Source of the DNA: an uncultured virus (IMG/VR IMGVR_UViG_3300034418_011988)
Taxonomy: Duplodnaviria; Heunggongvirae; Uroviricota; Caudoviricetes
Reading direction: 5' to 3' (one strand)
DNA length: 64,000 nt
Virus record (IMG/VR): IMGVR_UViG_3300034418_011988
Position numbers and translations under genes: made by a program. Position 1 is the first letter of the stretch, and every line of letters starts with the position of its first letter. Positions 1 through 9,367 of the stretch are shown here, in pieces. The notes beneath the pieces are model-generated. The model was not told where the DNA came from and made no database searches. It saw only the letters and a list, made by a program, of their open reading frames with translations.

Positions 1-1887
1 TCCGACGACTAAGGGTAAACCTTGACCGTTGAAGCCTGTTGAACTCGTCCCAATCCCGACGTTTCCGCTGGAGTCGAGCGTCATCGCCTGCGTGCTATTG
101 CTCAATATCCAAGCGTGGGAAAGAGCATCATATTGAGCGTTGGCAAAATTACTTGCTGAACTATCAACACTACGAACAGCTTTTACAGTAGTCCCCGCAC
201 CAGATGACGCAGATCGTGCTGTAAAGGATGACGTTGCATTTGATACAACATCAAGGCTAGCGCCGCCAAGATTACTTGTTGTACCAATGCTTAAACCTTC
301 CGCACTCGCATCCCAGAAGAACTTAGGCGTGGTGCCGGTGTCCTCGTAGAAGGAGATGTCGCCGTTGGATGCAATGTTTAGACGAGAAGCGCCAGCAGTG
401 CTAAATAACATAGCATCGCTAGAATGACTGTATTTTATAGAACCTGACTGTCCCGCAGTATCAGAGAAGTAAAGACGAGAAGCGCCTGACGTACCCGTGG
501 ACTTAATTTCTACATCAGCAAAGCCATTAGAATCAACACCTACTGCTTGTATTAACGTTGTGCCTGATACATTTGAAGCAGTAAGCCCATCAGCCGTGAC
601 GGTGCCCGTAAATACAGAATTACCTGCGCTATTAATTTCAAGCCTGTCTGCTAAAACACCATTGATAAGCGTTTGGAAGTGTATAGAGCCGTCTTCAGCG
701 CCATTATCTGTTTGGTCTGCCACCCCATAAATAGTTGCAAAAGTATTTGTAGAGCCTACTGAGTCTTCACCAGTGAAAGTGATTTGACCAATTAGGTCTC
801 CATTTGTACCAGTTCCAGAGTTTCTCCAAAGATTAAGCTGTGGGCCAACAAGAGCATCTGTATCAGTAGAAATTAAAGTAACTTGTGCACTGTTATCAGA
901 AGTTGTAAAAGTACCTTGTCCATCAACCGTCAGCCCATCAGCCGTGACGGTGCCCGTTACGTCGATGCCGGTGGCGGTGGTGTTCAGCTTTAAGCTGCCG
1001 TCATGGTAGAAATTAGCCGCACCGTTTGTATAGAAACGTGCATAATACTCTGACCCTGCTGCATTCAGTAAACTAAGACTGTCTGCACGAATGTCTAAGT
1101 TGCCCGTTCCGTTATCCAGAATTATGGATTCGGCCCCACTGTGATAAATCTGCAGGTCCGACCCAGCACCGAAGATGGCCTTGGAGCTGTCCGCAAAGGT
1201 GATGTCGTCGCCCGTGCCAACCGCGATGTCCGTGCCGCCGGTCGTGTTGCCGTTAGCCAGAATCTCAGCGAGCGTATCCACCGTGCCGACTTGGCTATCA
1301 ACGTAGGCCTTAATGGATTGCTGCGTAGCCAACGCCGTGGCGCTGTCAGAAGACATGTCGTCTTCGTCGAGGATGTTGGTGACCGTCGTTGCACCGGTGC
1401 CCTTCAGGTTATTGAAGGAAAGTTGGGTGACGTACAGGTCCGTATTTACGTCCGTAACGGTAGCCGAGGCGCCTGCGCCGTCAAACTTCAGGAGAACATC
1501 TTTGCCATTCGGGATTTCAAAATCGTTCGAGGCGTTGTAGGTGCCTTGGAAGACGATGACCGAGCGCCCGCCAGACAGGCTGTTGCGCATGTGGACGATC
1601 TTTTCGGCGTCGTTGGGGTCGAGCTGAACATACGCCGTAGCCCCAAGGTCGCCGCCGTCGTTGAAGTCGATGAACTTGTTTCGACCGTCAGAAGCCGCAC
1701 CGTTGGTGATCGCCAGGGTGTTAGGCGACCCAGAGGTTCCGGCGCTCGCAAGCGTAACCGCAACAGCCCCGTTAACCGCTTGGTCAATCAGGTCAAAGTT
1801 GGTGTTGGTCGTCGTACCCCAAGTACCGGACTGTTCACCGGTTCCGATCTTCTCGATGCCAAGGTTGACGGTATAGGTGCTGGCCAT
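1..1887 (-). CDS. Tail fibre protein, 3' end runs off the window (not in the ORF track)
   Basis: ATG at 1887 with AGGA upstream; open frame to position 1 (MASTYTVNLGIEKIGTGEQSGTWGTTTNTNFDLID...); carries the modules GTVTADGL, DISFYEDTGTTPKFFWDASAE and GNVGIGT shared with the fibre at 57480-59843. Confidence 0.85.
   Translation of the reverse strand, partial: MASTYTVNLGIEKIGTGEQSGTWGTTTNTNFDLIDQAVNGAVAVTLASAGTSGSPNTLAITNGAASDGRNKFIDFNDGGDLGATAYVQLDPNDAEKIVHMRNSLSGGRSVIVFQGTYNASNDFEIPNGKDVLLKFDGAGASATVTDVNTDLYVTQLSFNNLKGTGATTVTNILDEDDMSSDSATALATQQSIKAYVDSQVGTVDTLAEILANGNTTGGTDIAVGTGDDITFADSSKAIFGAGSDLQIYHSGAESIILDNGTGNLDIRADSLSLLNAAGSEYYARFYTNGAANFYHDGSLKLNTTATGIDVTGTVTADGLTVDGQGTFTTSDNSAQVTLISTDTDALVGPQLNLWRNSGTGTNGDLIGQITFTGEDSVGSTNTFATIYGVADQTDNGAEDGSIHFQTLINGVLADRLEINSAGNSVFTGTVTADGLTASNVSGTTLIQAVGVDSNGFADVEIKSTGTSGASRLYFSDTAGQSGSIKYSHSSDAMLFSTAGASRLNIASNGDISFYEDTGTTPKFFWDASAEGLSIGTTSNLGGASLDVVSNATSSFTARSASSGAGTTVKAVRSVDSSASNFANAQYDALSHAWILSNSTQAMTLDSSGNVGIGTSSTGFNGQGLPLVVG
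1154..1242. repeat. 89-bp exact direct repeat, copy 1 (copy 2 at 59275-59363)
   Basis: aggtccgacccagcacc...cgtgccgccggt is identical at both loci; 1141-1242 vs 59262-59363 differ at 2 positions. Confidence 0.95.
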
Positions 1888-1898
1888 TTCTCAATCCT

Positions 1899-3353
1899 CT
1901 AAGCCGCGATTTCTGTCCAATTAGGCGTCTGCGCCGCCGTTTCTTCCGTCCAAGACGGACTCTGACTCGGTGTTTCCTCCGCCCAACCGGGCGTTTGACT
2001 AGCGGCGTCCTCTGCCCAAATCGGACTTTGTGACGGTATTACCTGACTATAAGACGGATTTTGGTCTGGGACAATTTTACCCCAAACCAGAACAGTGCCT
2101 ACCCCACCCGTAGCAGCGAGGCCCGTAACATCTACATCAGCACCAGCACTGGCGGTGACGCTGCCAACCGCACTAATCGCCTCTAGGCCTGTAACCTCAA
2201 TGGTTTGCCCCAGGCGAACTGTGACGCCGCCTTCTGTTTCGTTGACAATGTCTGTAGAACCATTGGCGCCATCAAAATGCAGTAACGCGGTAGTATTGCC
2301 GTCTACTGCGTAATCTTCGGTCGGCTCTGTGAAGGATGTGCCTTCATAACGGGCTGTAGATGAAAGTCGTACCTCATCAATATATCCGTTGAAATCACCA
2401 AAGGGATTTTTACCAATAGCAAAAACGCCAGCATCTGGGCGGTTTCCAGTAGAACTTGATGCCTCTAACGCCCCGTTTATGTAAAGCCTGTGGACATTCC
2501 CTTCTCTTTCAACAGAGATCATAGTCCAGACATTTGCAGAAATTCTGGTACTAGATAAGAAGAGTGTCGTTGACCCGCCGACAACGCCTTGAACCTGATT
2601 CCCGATCAAATACACATCGAGTCGAGAGCTTGTGCCTGACTGCCACAAGCCTTTGTAGCCTGTAACACTCGTCGGACGAATCCACATATCTACTGTGAAA
2701 TCGCCAGAACTTAGGTCAATGTTTTCGTCAGAGGTTACAAAGTCGTCCGTGCCATCAAGCAGCAGCGAAGATGGGCCAAACTTAGCTTGAGCAGTGGAAA
2801 GCTGCGCGTTTCCATCCGCCGTAAATGCCGAGCCGCCCCTTGGTGTTAGGGCCTCTGCGGAAACGCCAGTTACACTGACGTTTGCGGCCCCTGCCGTAGT
2901 GACAGTGCCGACTGCGCCAGTAGCTTCCAAGCCCGTAACCGGAGCATTCGTTTCCGTATCAACGGTGACAGTGCCAACAGCACCCGTGGCTTCGACACCG
3001 GTAACCGTGACATTGGCTTCACCAACAACAGTGGCAGAGCCGACCTCACCCGTGGCCTCAAGGCCTGTGACATTGATGTTGGCGTCAGCAGTAACCGTAA
3101 CGCCGCCCACGGAACCGGTAGCTTCCAGACCCGTGACCGGAACATTCGCTTCTGCATCAACAGTGACGGTGCCTACAGCACCAGTGGCCTCAAGGCCTGT
3201 GGGAAAAACGTTAGCTTCCGCAACAACTGTTACAGAGCCAACAGCGCCCGTTGCCGCGACGCCATCGACGTTAACGACAAGAATTGGGGAGCCCCAGGAG
3301 CCTTCACTCCATCCGGCGCGACCCCAGCCCTCATATAACGTCGAGGACGCCAT
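1899..3353 (-). CDS. Tail-associated structural protein with V/T/G repeats and an inserted LamG/concanavalin-A-like domain
   Basis: N-terminal GWGRAGWSEGSWG; repeats of VTGLEATGAVGTVTV; LamG-like motifs DFTVDMWIRP, RLYING, FNGYIDEVRLS; paralogue of 59861-60844. Confidence 0.75.
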   Translation of the reverse strand: MASSTLYEGWGRAGWSEGSWGSPILVVNVDGVAATGAVGSVTVVAEANVFPTGLEATGAVGTVTVDAEANVPVTGLEATGSVGGVTVTADANINVTGLEATGEVGSATVVGEANVTVTGVEATGAVGTVTVDTETNAPVTGLEATGAVGTVTTAGAANVSVTGVSAEALTPRGGSAFTADGNAQLSTAQAKFGPSSLLLDGTDDFVTSDENIDLSSGDFTVDMWIRPTSVTGYKGLWQSGTSSRLDVYLIGNQVQGVVGGSTTLFLSSTRISANVWTMISVEREGNVHRLYINGALEASSSTGNRPDAGVFAIGKNPFGDFNGYIDEVRLSSTARYEGTSFTEPTEDYAVDGNTTALLHFDGANGSTDIVNETEGGVTVRLGQTIEVTGLEAISAVGSVTASAGADVDVTGLAATGGVGTVLVWGKIVPDQNPSYSQVIPSQSPIWAEDAASQTPGWAEETPSQSPSWTEETAAQTPNWTEIAA

Positions 3354-3361
3354 GAGAGGGC

Positions 3362-3811
3362 TTAGGCGATGCGGATGATGGCGTTAGATGCGTCAGCCGT
3401 CGGGAACACCACGGTGAAATCACCCGCCGTGGACGTCTTGTCTGCGCCAAAGTCCAGCACTACTACCGCCGGGTTGGTCAGAGCAATGGACGTCGTGTTC
3501 GGGGTGCTGTTATAGATCAGCGCTCCCCGGGCAGTGATAGACGCCGTGGTCCACGTTTCATCCGCAAAATCGGTGAAAGCCGTGGTCCCGCTGGTCGTGG
3601 GATCAACATTGGTCAGCGCTTGGCCGCCCGCCGTGTAGCCCGTACCGCTCGTCTCGTTCGTAGCCGAATAGGCCGTCGTAGACGCATCCAGAGTAGCCGC
3701 GGAGGTGTACAGCGCCATGTACATCGTGTCCGCGCCATTGGCGAAATCGTGCGCCCCAAACAAGAGTTCTTTCTTGAAGGACGTACACATATAGTTGCCG
3801 GTGAAGGCCAT
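3362..3811 (-). CDS. Conserved phage structural protein
   Basis: 149-aa ORF (MAFTGNYMCTSFKKEL...) with GGAG RBS, tightly packed in the virion operon. Confidence 0.7.
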   Translation of the reverse strand: MAFTGNYMCTSFKKELLFGAHDFANGADTMYMALYTSAATLDASTTAYSATNETSGTGYTAGGQALTNVDPTTSGTTAFTDFADETWTTASITARGALIYNSTPNTTSIALTNPAVVVLDFGADKTSTAGDFTVVFPTADASNAIIRIA

Positions 3812-3812
3812 G

Positions 3813-4106
3813 TCACAGTCTCCTTATGAGTTCGGCCAAATCTTTTTGGCCGGCGTCAATCAACGCATTGTATACGGTCGTCCGGTCGCTGCGGATGGCT
3901 TGCCGCATATAGTATTCTAATACCTTAACCATCCGACGGCGAAAAGCTTTTGCCTGATCCCGAATTACCGGATTTGCGTCGTCAGAAATTGAAATGATCT
4001 TCTCGGCGCACAACTCGGCCACTTCTTCTGGCGTAAAACCACGGTTATCCGTGGTCCTAACTTCCACCTGAAACTCCGGGTTGAGCTGTATCGGGTCTAT
4101 CTTCAT
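3813..4106 (-). CDS. Hypothetical phage protein
   Basis: 97-aa ORF with overlapping start/stop to its neighbours. Confidence 0.65.
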   Translation of the reverse strand: MKIDPIQLNPEFQVEVRTTDNRGFTPEEVAELCAEKIISISDDANPVIRDQAKAFRRRMVKVLEYYMRQAIRSDRTTVYNALIDAGQKDLAELIRRL

Positions 4107-4753
4107 TGTTTCGGCCTGATAACCATACCAGTGCGGTACTCATCCGTAACTTCCTTCGCTTCCCCGAGCTGCTTGAGCGAGCCAAGCGCCTGGGTGAAGT
4201 TCTGGAAGTACATCTGCATCATGTCCTGTTCGCCCTTCATGAAGGTATAAGCCTCCACCAAAGAGCCGTAGAGCATAGCCACGGACGCATTCTCGCTGAG
4301 CCAAGTCGTACCAGAATCGGCGCCCGCGGTGAGGCTGGCCGGACGGTAGTAATAGTGCAGCTCAGAGGTATAGGAGCTGTCTGGGGTTGGCCCCAGGATG
4401 AAATTGTCAATGTCAAAAACGGCGTAGTACCGCGGAGCCCCGGTAGTGGTCGAATCGGGGTTAAAGGTCTGGACGTAATCGACGTCCTTGAAATCGACGA
4501 AAGTCTTGTTGCCGTCTCCATCCGTGAAGGACAAGGAGAACGGCGCCAGAAAGTCTGAAGGCACGGCCAGATATTGGTTGGAGGCCGTCATGGACCCGCT
4601 CACGTTCTTGCGGAACAGACTGAGCTGGACGTTCTTCAGAATCCGCTCTTCCGTATTCTTGATGAATATGGGCAGATTGTTGACGAACGTCGTCTCGTCG
4701 TTCTCGGCGTAATCCTGAATCGCCTGCTTTAACTCGCCGTAGGTAAAGCTCAT
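4103..4753 (-). CDS. Putative head-tail adaptor protein
   Basis: MSFTYGELKQAIQDY..., GAPRYYA, LGPTPD and LYGSLVEA motifs typical of podovirus adaptors; position downstream of the capsid gene. Confidence 0.6.
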   Translation of the reverse strand: MSFTYGELKQAIQDYAENDETTFVNNLPIFIKNTEERILKNVQLSLFRKNVSGSMTASNQYLAVPSDFLAPFSLSFTDGDGNKTFVDFKDVDYVQTFNPDSTTTGAPRYYAVFDIDNFILGPTPDSSYTSELHYYYRPASLTAGADSGTTWLSENASVAMLYGSLVEAYTFMKGEQDMMQMYFQNFTQALGSLKQLGEAKEVTDEYRTGMVIRPKQ

Positions 4754-5055
4754 GTCGTCGTCACCGTTACGCTACCGACCTTGGCATAAACCACCGTGGG
4801 CCGCGGCGCGGGCTGCTCCACCGTGGGGACGCACACATAAACGTCCAGGGGCTCTACGCGGTCAGGCCGCGCGTTGCGCAGAGCTTCCGCATCAATCACC
4901 TTGCGAAACGGTCCGAGCTGCGGATGCTTCGGCTCCCACTCGTCCTTACCGACAAGCAGGCCGTTCCACTCTTTGCGCATATCCTTATAACGATAGCGCT
5001 GACCAGAGCGGTCAGAGATCGCGTAGGCGTATTTACCTGACGCAAACTTAGCCAT
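4750..5055 (-). CDS. Conserved phage protein
   Basis: SDRSGQRYRY...EWNGLLV...EPKHPQL; translationally coupled to its neighbours. Confidence 0.7.
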   Translation of the reverse strand: MAKFASGKYAYAISDRSGQRYRYKDMRKEWNGLLVGKDEWEPKHPQLGPFRKVIDAEALRNARPDRVEPLDVYVCVPTVEQPAPRPTVVYAKVGSVTVTTT

Positions 5056-5723
5056 CAGACCGACCTAAAATACTGGTACTGAGGAACGACGTTGAAAGAC
5101 GCGCGGTCCCGGTCTTCTTGCATGGCGCGCTCAAACTCTTCCTCGTACACCGCCTTCAGGAGCTGAATGCGGTTCGGAGCGCGCTTCATGGCAATGTAGT
5201 ACGCCAGCCCGGCTGCGAGACAAGGATAAAAGCGGAAAGGCATGTCCACCGTGTTGGTGTACGTGTCCGCATCGTCCATGCGCGTCAGGCAGTCATAGAT
5301 CACGACATCCGTGCTGTTCTCGGCCACGGGCCAAAGCTTCAGCACCGGAGTGTTTTGGCGATCCAAGAAGAATTGGTTCGGACGGCTCTGCGTCGTCTTG
5401 TTCGGGATGCTCAGGTACTCATCCCGGGACAGGCGTTCCAGGGCGTAATCCGTGCCGTCGCGACGGACAACCACAGACAAGACGTCGATGACATCGGCGC
5501 TGAGCGTGTAATTGCCCGTGCCGGTTACCATCGTCTCGCTGCGGTTTTTGATCGTCCACTGGTTCAGACCACGGTTTGCCCACTCGGCCAGCATGAGGTT
5601 GAGCGAGCGCTTTGCAGTCTTCATGTCGTAGCCAGTACGAACCTCCAACCCACAACGCTCAAACGCCTCCTCAATGTAATCGGAGACGTCCAGCTCAAAA
5701 TCTTTGCTGCCCGAAGTAGCCAT
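5055..5723 (-). CDS. Putative tail tubular/adaptor protein
   Basis: IEEAFERCG...RSLNLMLAEWANRGLNQW...PFRFYPCLAAGLAYY; virion operon context. Confidence 0.6.
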   Translation of the reverse strand: MATSGSKDFELDVSDYIEEAFERCGLEVRTGYDMKTAKRSLNLMLAEWANRGLNQWTIKNRSETMVTGTGNYTLSADVIDVLSVVVRRDGTDYALERLSRDEYLSIPNKTTQSRPNQFFLDRQNTPVLKLWPVAENSTDVVIYDCLTRMDDADTYTNTVDMPFRFYPCLAAGLAYYIAMKRAPNRIQLLKAVYEEEFERAMQEDRDRASFNVVPQYQYFRSV

Positions 5724-5725
5724 GA

Positions 5726-5890
5726 TCAGTCTGCTTTAACCAGCTTGTAGCCCTTGTCCTTAGCGGCTTTGCGAAGATCAGAAACGGTCATGCCTCCCTT
5801 CGCCATCATTTCAGGCTTCATCGCCATTCCGCCCCCACGCATTTTCTTGGGAGCACCGCCTCCACGCATCTTACGCGGCTTCATCGCCAT
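5726..5890 (-). CDS. Small basic protein with repeated M-x-x-GG motifs
   Basis: MAMKPRKMRGGGAPKKMRGGG...MAKGG; ATG 5890 preceded by AGGAG. Confidence 0.65.
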   Translation of the reverse strand: MAMKPRKMRGGGAPKKMRGGGMAMKPEMMAKGGMTVSDLRKAAKDKGYKLVKAD

Positions 5891-6458
5891 GGTTGAGTCT
5901 CCTGTAGAGTTCCGTCCGCTTGGCAAAGAGTTCCTCGACGTCGTATTCGTCGAAGTACGTCTCATAGTAGCCCTTCTTGGCTAATTTGTCTGCGGCGTCC
6001 TGAACTTTGGAAAGCCGCTGAAGGAAGATTATCGCATAGGGCTCATCTATTACATGGGTGAATGACTCATCGTCCAAGTATTCGTTGGGCTCATCATCCG
6101 GGTGAAAACCCATGACCCAATAGTCCCTGTCTATGAAAAACCCGTTTGCGATAGCGTCGTTCAATTCATCCAAATAATCATGGAAGCGCCCAGGATCGGG
6201 GTCATAGTTGCGATCAACAACCAAAAGCACATCCAAAGTGTCTTCCCACTGGGAAAGGCAGGAATAAATCTCCTGATAGCTCTTTTCGTACTTGAACTTG
6301 AATCCGACGCGCTCGTCCTGCCATGCTTTTTTGGCATAAGGACATGGCGGAATGTTATTAAAAAAGGGGTTTTCGACCTCCAGAACAGTGGCCGACCACT
6401 CGCGAATCTCTTCAGCGATCTTGCGCTCATCGCCTACCAAGAAGGCTGCCGCCCTCAT
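5871..6458 (-). CDS. DUF1415-like protein
   Basis: PPCPYA and GFHPD motifs. Confidence 0.5.
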   Translation of the reverse strand: MRAAAFLVGDERKIAEEIREWSATVLEVENPFFNNIPPCPYAKKAWQDERVGFKFKYEKSYQEIYSCLSQWEDTLDVLLVVDRNYDPDPGRFHDYLDELNDAIANGFFIDRDYWVMGFHPDDEPNEYLDDESFTHVIDEPYAIIFLQRLSKVQDAADKLAKKGYYETYFDEYDVEELFAKRTELYRRLNHGDEAA

Positions 6459-6781
6459 ACCCGCGTGACCGAGCCCTTGGTGACTTTGCGACGATCCCCC
6501 AGGATAGACCCGCAGCCCCGGGCAACCACGCCGCCTTTGCGCTTGCGTACTACCCGCGCGCTTTCAGTATTTGCCACAACCTGCTTGCCTTTAGCGCCTT
6601 CTCGCTTCTTTTTGCGAGCTGTCGCAGCGCGCTCAGACTTGCTAAGACTCTGCGCCTTGCTTCGAGGCAAACATCTATCTGGGTTCTTCTTATCTTTAGA
6701 AGTCCCACACGCGCCCGCGATATTTCCCGAGCTATCAATGCGTACCCATTCCTCATCAAGCCACTCCTGAAGCTTACCCAT
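6455..6781 (-). CDS. Small basic conserved phage protein
   Basis: MGKLQEWLDEEWVRI...CG...CLP; start overlaps the upstream stop (TGATG). Confidence 0.65.
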   Translation of the reverse strand: MGKLQEWLDEEWVRIDSSGNIAGACGTSKDKKNPDRCLPRSKAQSLSKSERAATARKKKREGAKGKQVVANTESARVVRKRKGGVVARGCGSILGDRRKVTKGSVTRV

Positions 6782-7017
6782 CAGCGGCCCTTCCTCTTCC
6801 CGCCCTTGGATTTCTTGGCATAGTTGGGGTCTTTGCAATACTTGGACGCGGCCAAGTTAGCGTAGGCGCTGGGGTAGGTGTCAAAAGTGCGTTTCGCCCA
6901 GGCTTTGCCTTCTGGGCAAATCTTGCTGCCCTTGCTTTTCTTGGGCACCGCGCCGCCCTTGCGAAAGTACGTGACGCCGCACTTGCTAGGCTTGGGGCCG
7001 GTGCGGACGGCAGGCAT
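6781..7017 (-). CDS. Small basic conserved phage protein
   Basis: ...ICPEGKAWAKRTFDTYPSAYAN...; TAATG coupling at 7017. Confidence 0.65.
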   Translation of the reverse strand: MPAVRTGPKPSKCGVTYFRKGGAVPKKSKGSKICPEGKAWAKRTFDTYPSAYANLAASKYCKDPNYAKKSKGGKRKGR

Positions 7018-7232
7018 TACAGCGACTCCAGAAGCTTTACAAGGACTACCGTGACTAAAGGCGCCGAGAAAGCCGCGAGGACAATGGCCCAAAGCCGGTT
7101 ATCGAACTTGTCGATCTTTTTGTCCATTTTATCAAAGGCTTCGCTGTTCTCAGCAAGCTTTTCTTCGATGCGCTGATAACGCAAGCTGCACTCCGCCTCA
7201 TGCTTTTCCAAGCGGCCAAGCAAATCTTTCAT
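7017..7232 (-). CDS. Small coiled-coil protein with a C-terminal transmembrane segment (XhlA-like architecture)
   Basis: HEAECSLRYQRIEEKL...LWAIVLAAFSAPLVTVVLV; start codon uncertain. Confidence 0.55.
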   Translation of the reverse strand: MKDLLGRLEKHEAECSLRYQRIEEKLAENSEAFDKMDKKIDKFDNRLWAIVLAAFSAPLVTVVLVKLLESL

Positions 7233-7263
7233 GGTCAAGCGAGAAGGGTCTAGCTCCTTCTTG

Positions 7264-7548
7264 CTACCACGCTTTGCAGCTCCAGTAGCGCGCACTGAAC
7301 TTGTCTTTGGCTGAGGCACAGTTATGTCTCGCTCGAAAGTTACGCCGGCGGCCCGGCTGGTCCTTTTTGATTTCCATATTTGGATCGCCAAATCGGACAA
7401 GTTTGACTTCGCTTCCCTTTTTGGCGAGTACAGCAGACTTCTTAGACTTTCCAGGGGTGCGCTTAGGCTTATTGTATCCAGCAAAGGTTTCCCCCCTATA
7501 CTTCAACCTGCCTGACGGCAACCTTTCTACGTTCTTAGTTGTTGCCAT
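7264..7548 (-). CDS. Small basic conserved phage protein
   Basis: GYNKPKRTP...VRFGD...FRARHNC...ARYWSC pattern. Confidence 0.7.
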   Translation of the reverse strand: MATTKNVERLPSGRLKYRGETFAGYNKPKRTPGKSKKSAVLAKKGSEVKLVRFGDPNMEIKKDQPGRRRNFRARHNCASAKDKFSARYWSCKAW

Positions 7549-8348
7549 TACAACTCATCCCCGTTTTTAATATAGATGATTTCAAAAGCGGCAGATATGT
7601 CGAAGGTAACACTTGCTGAAGAAGAAACAGCTCGTGCTTCTATGTCTGTTTTTTCTGCAAATTTTAACGGAACAATAAGAGTGTTTTCGATGTGCATTCC
7701 TGTGGTAAGAGACTTAACATCTTTACTTTGAAACACCTCCCCCTGCGGCCTAGCTACCAATAACAACTTACACACGGCAGGTGTATTAGATGTCGTACCG
7801 TTGGAAACATCGTACTGCATCAAATAACCGGTGTACCCTGCGGGTACAGTCCACAAGGCCATCAAAGTCTGATTTGATCCGTCACCGTTAATCGTAGCGT
7901 AAATATTTGCAGGCACACCTGCGGTAACAGTGCCCGTGCCTGCGTAAATAATTCCCGCATTTGCATTACCAGAACCCGCAGAACGAACAATCATTCTATT
8001 GATTCGCAAGTAAGACTGGGTGGTGTTTACTTCTGTTTGACCGTTTAAGGTTACGGTTTCCGAAATTTCGTTGTAATCGCCGTCTAAACCAAACAATTCA
8101 ACGGTTCTTGCACCGGTCCCGGCAGACGTATCGTTAGCCGAGCTACTAGAAACCTTCAAAACAGATTCCGCAGACAGGTATGAGTACAAGCCCCCCTGCG
8201 CCCAAATAGTTTCGACGGAATCAGCAACTTCCGCATTATTTCCGAATTTGTAAATAGACTCGTGGTAAGCAACATGGCCGCGCGAAACCTGAAGCTCAAA
8301 GGGCTCGCTCGTTCCTACGCGGGTTATTGAGCTGACTTCACGGGCCAT
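7548..8348 (-). CDS. Putative virion structural protein
   Basis: 266-aa beta-rich ORF with GAGGA RBS in the head/tail operon. Confidence 0.6.
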   Translation of the reverse strand: MAREVSSITRVGTSEPFELQVSRGHVAYHESIYKFGNNAEVADSVETIWAQGGLYSYLSAESVLKVSSSSANDTSAGTGARTVELFGLDGDYNEISETVTLNGQTEVNTTQSYLRINRMIVRSAGSGNANAGIIYAGTGTVTAGVPANIYATINGDGSNQTLMALWTVPAGYTGYLMQYDVSNGTTSNTPAVCKLLLVARPQGEVFQSKDVKSLTTGMHIENTLIVPLKFAEKTDIEARAVSSSASVTFDISAAFEIIYIKNGDEL

Positions 8349-8358
8349 GGCTTAGTCC

Positions 8359-8763
8359 TCAGTTGTACTTTTTGCGCAAGTACATGATCACCGTGTAGGT
8401 ATCCGCAAGCGTGGCGCCCACGGTGGTGAAGTTGATGTCGCCAGTTTTTCCGGCACCGGCGTTATTGGTCAGGCCACCAAAGTCAGTGTAATCGTGGTCC
8501 CCGCTCTGGTTTTCACCCAGTTCAATGCAAAAAGCATCCGCCGTGGCATCCCAAAGGATTTGGACCTTCATACCGATGCACTGCCACCACAAACGCTCAA
8601 TGGCGACCCCAGTGCAGGGATCGCCATTTCCGTTCGCAGTCAACGCAGAGACATCGACCTTAGTAACCCCAGACTCACCCGTACCATCACTGATATTGGT
8701 GAATTTCAGGACAGCCGTTTGCGGGCCGTCGATGATGGTCTGAGAAGTTACGGCATCAGCCAT
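8359..8763 (-). CDS. Putative virion structural protein
   Basis: 134-aa ORF MADAVTSQTI..., virion operon. Confidence 0.65.
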   Translation of the reverse strand: MADAVTSQTIIDGPQTAVLKFTNISDGTGESGVTKVDVSALTANGNGDPCTGVAIERLWWQCIGMKVQILWDATADAFCIELGENQSGDHDYTDFGGLTNNAGAGKTGDINFTTVGATLADTYTVIMYLRKKYN

Positions 8764-8774
8764 GAGTCACCCCC

Positions 8775-9239
8775 TTAGGAGAGGTTTCGGTTTTGCAGGT
8801 ACAGCACCGTGACAGTTGCTGCCCCAGCGGTCGCTGCCGTGCCGGTCTGGTTGTAGGTTACCGTGACATCAACATCAGACGTTCCGATGTCGATCAGGTT
8901 GCCGATCTGGGATACGTCCGAGGTGGCCAGGACGCGAGCCTGGGCGCCAGCAGCCAAGGCGTCGGCGTACAGGTCAGCCGTGGACCCATCACCGATGTCA
9001 AGGGTGTTGGTCGTGCCAGCGTCGAAGGCGGTCGTGACGTCCACCGTGATCTGGAAGATTTGGCTGTTAGCAGGCAGCGTTGCGACCACAGTGGTGCTGC
9101 CGTTTGCGCCAAAAACGACGTTGCCGCTTTGAGCCATCAGCACAAAGCCGACGTTGGCCTTGTCCTGGCCGACGGTGGTGCCGGTGGTTGCTTTGATCGT
9201 TCCGGCCTTGATGGGCCCGGAGAAGGTCGTAGTAGCCAT
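8775..9239 (-). CDS. Putative capsid decoration/minor structural protein
   Basis: MATTTFSGPIKAG N-terminus, Thr/Ala/Gly-rich, immediately after the major capsid gene, AGGAG RBS. Confidence 0.6.
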   Translation of the reverse strand: MATTTFSGPIKAGTIKATTGTTVGQDKANVGFVLMAQSGNVVFGANGSTTVVATLPANSQIFQITVDVTTAFDAGTTNTLDIGDGSTADLYADALAAGAQARVLATSDVSQIGNLIDIGTSDVDVTVTYNQTGTAATAGAATVTVLYLQNRNLS

Positions 9240-9321
9240 GGGAATCTCCTGTCGCGGCTAGTGTCAGACTCCGATGAGTCTGTCAGGGTTCTGACCCATT
9301 TATACCCTTATTCCGAGCAAA

Positions 9322-9347
9322 TAAAAAGGGGGCCCGAAGGCCCCCTT
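9322..9347 (-). terminator. Intrinsic terminator after the major capsid gene
   Basis: Minus strand AAGGGGGCC-TTCG-GGCCCCCTT followed by a T-run. Confidence 0.8.
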
Positions 9348-9367
9348 CAAAACTATCCGAAGATAGC

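Noticed and set aside
1..1887. Diversity-generating retroelement or invertible shufflon acting on the fibres
   Set aside because: There is no reverse transcriptase in the window, the mismatches are not adenine-specific, and the repeats are direct rather than inverted.
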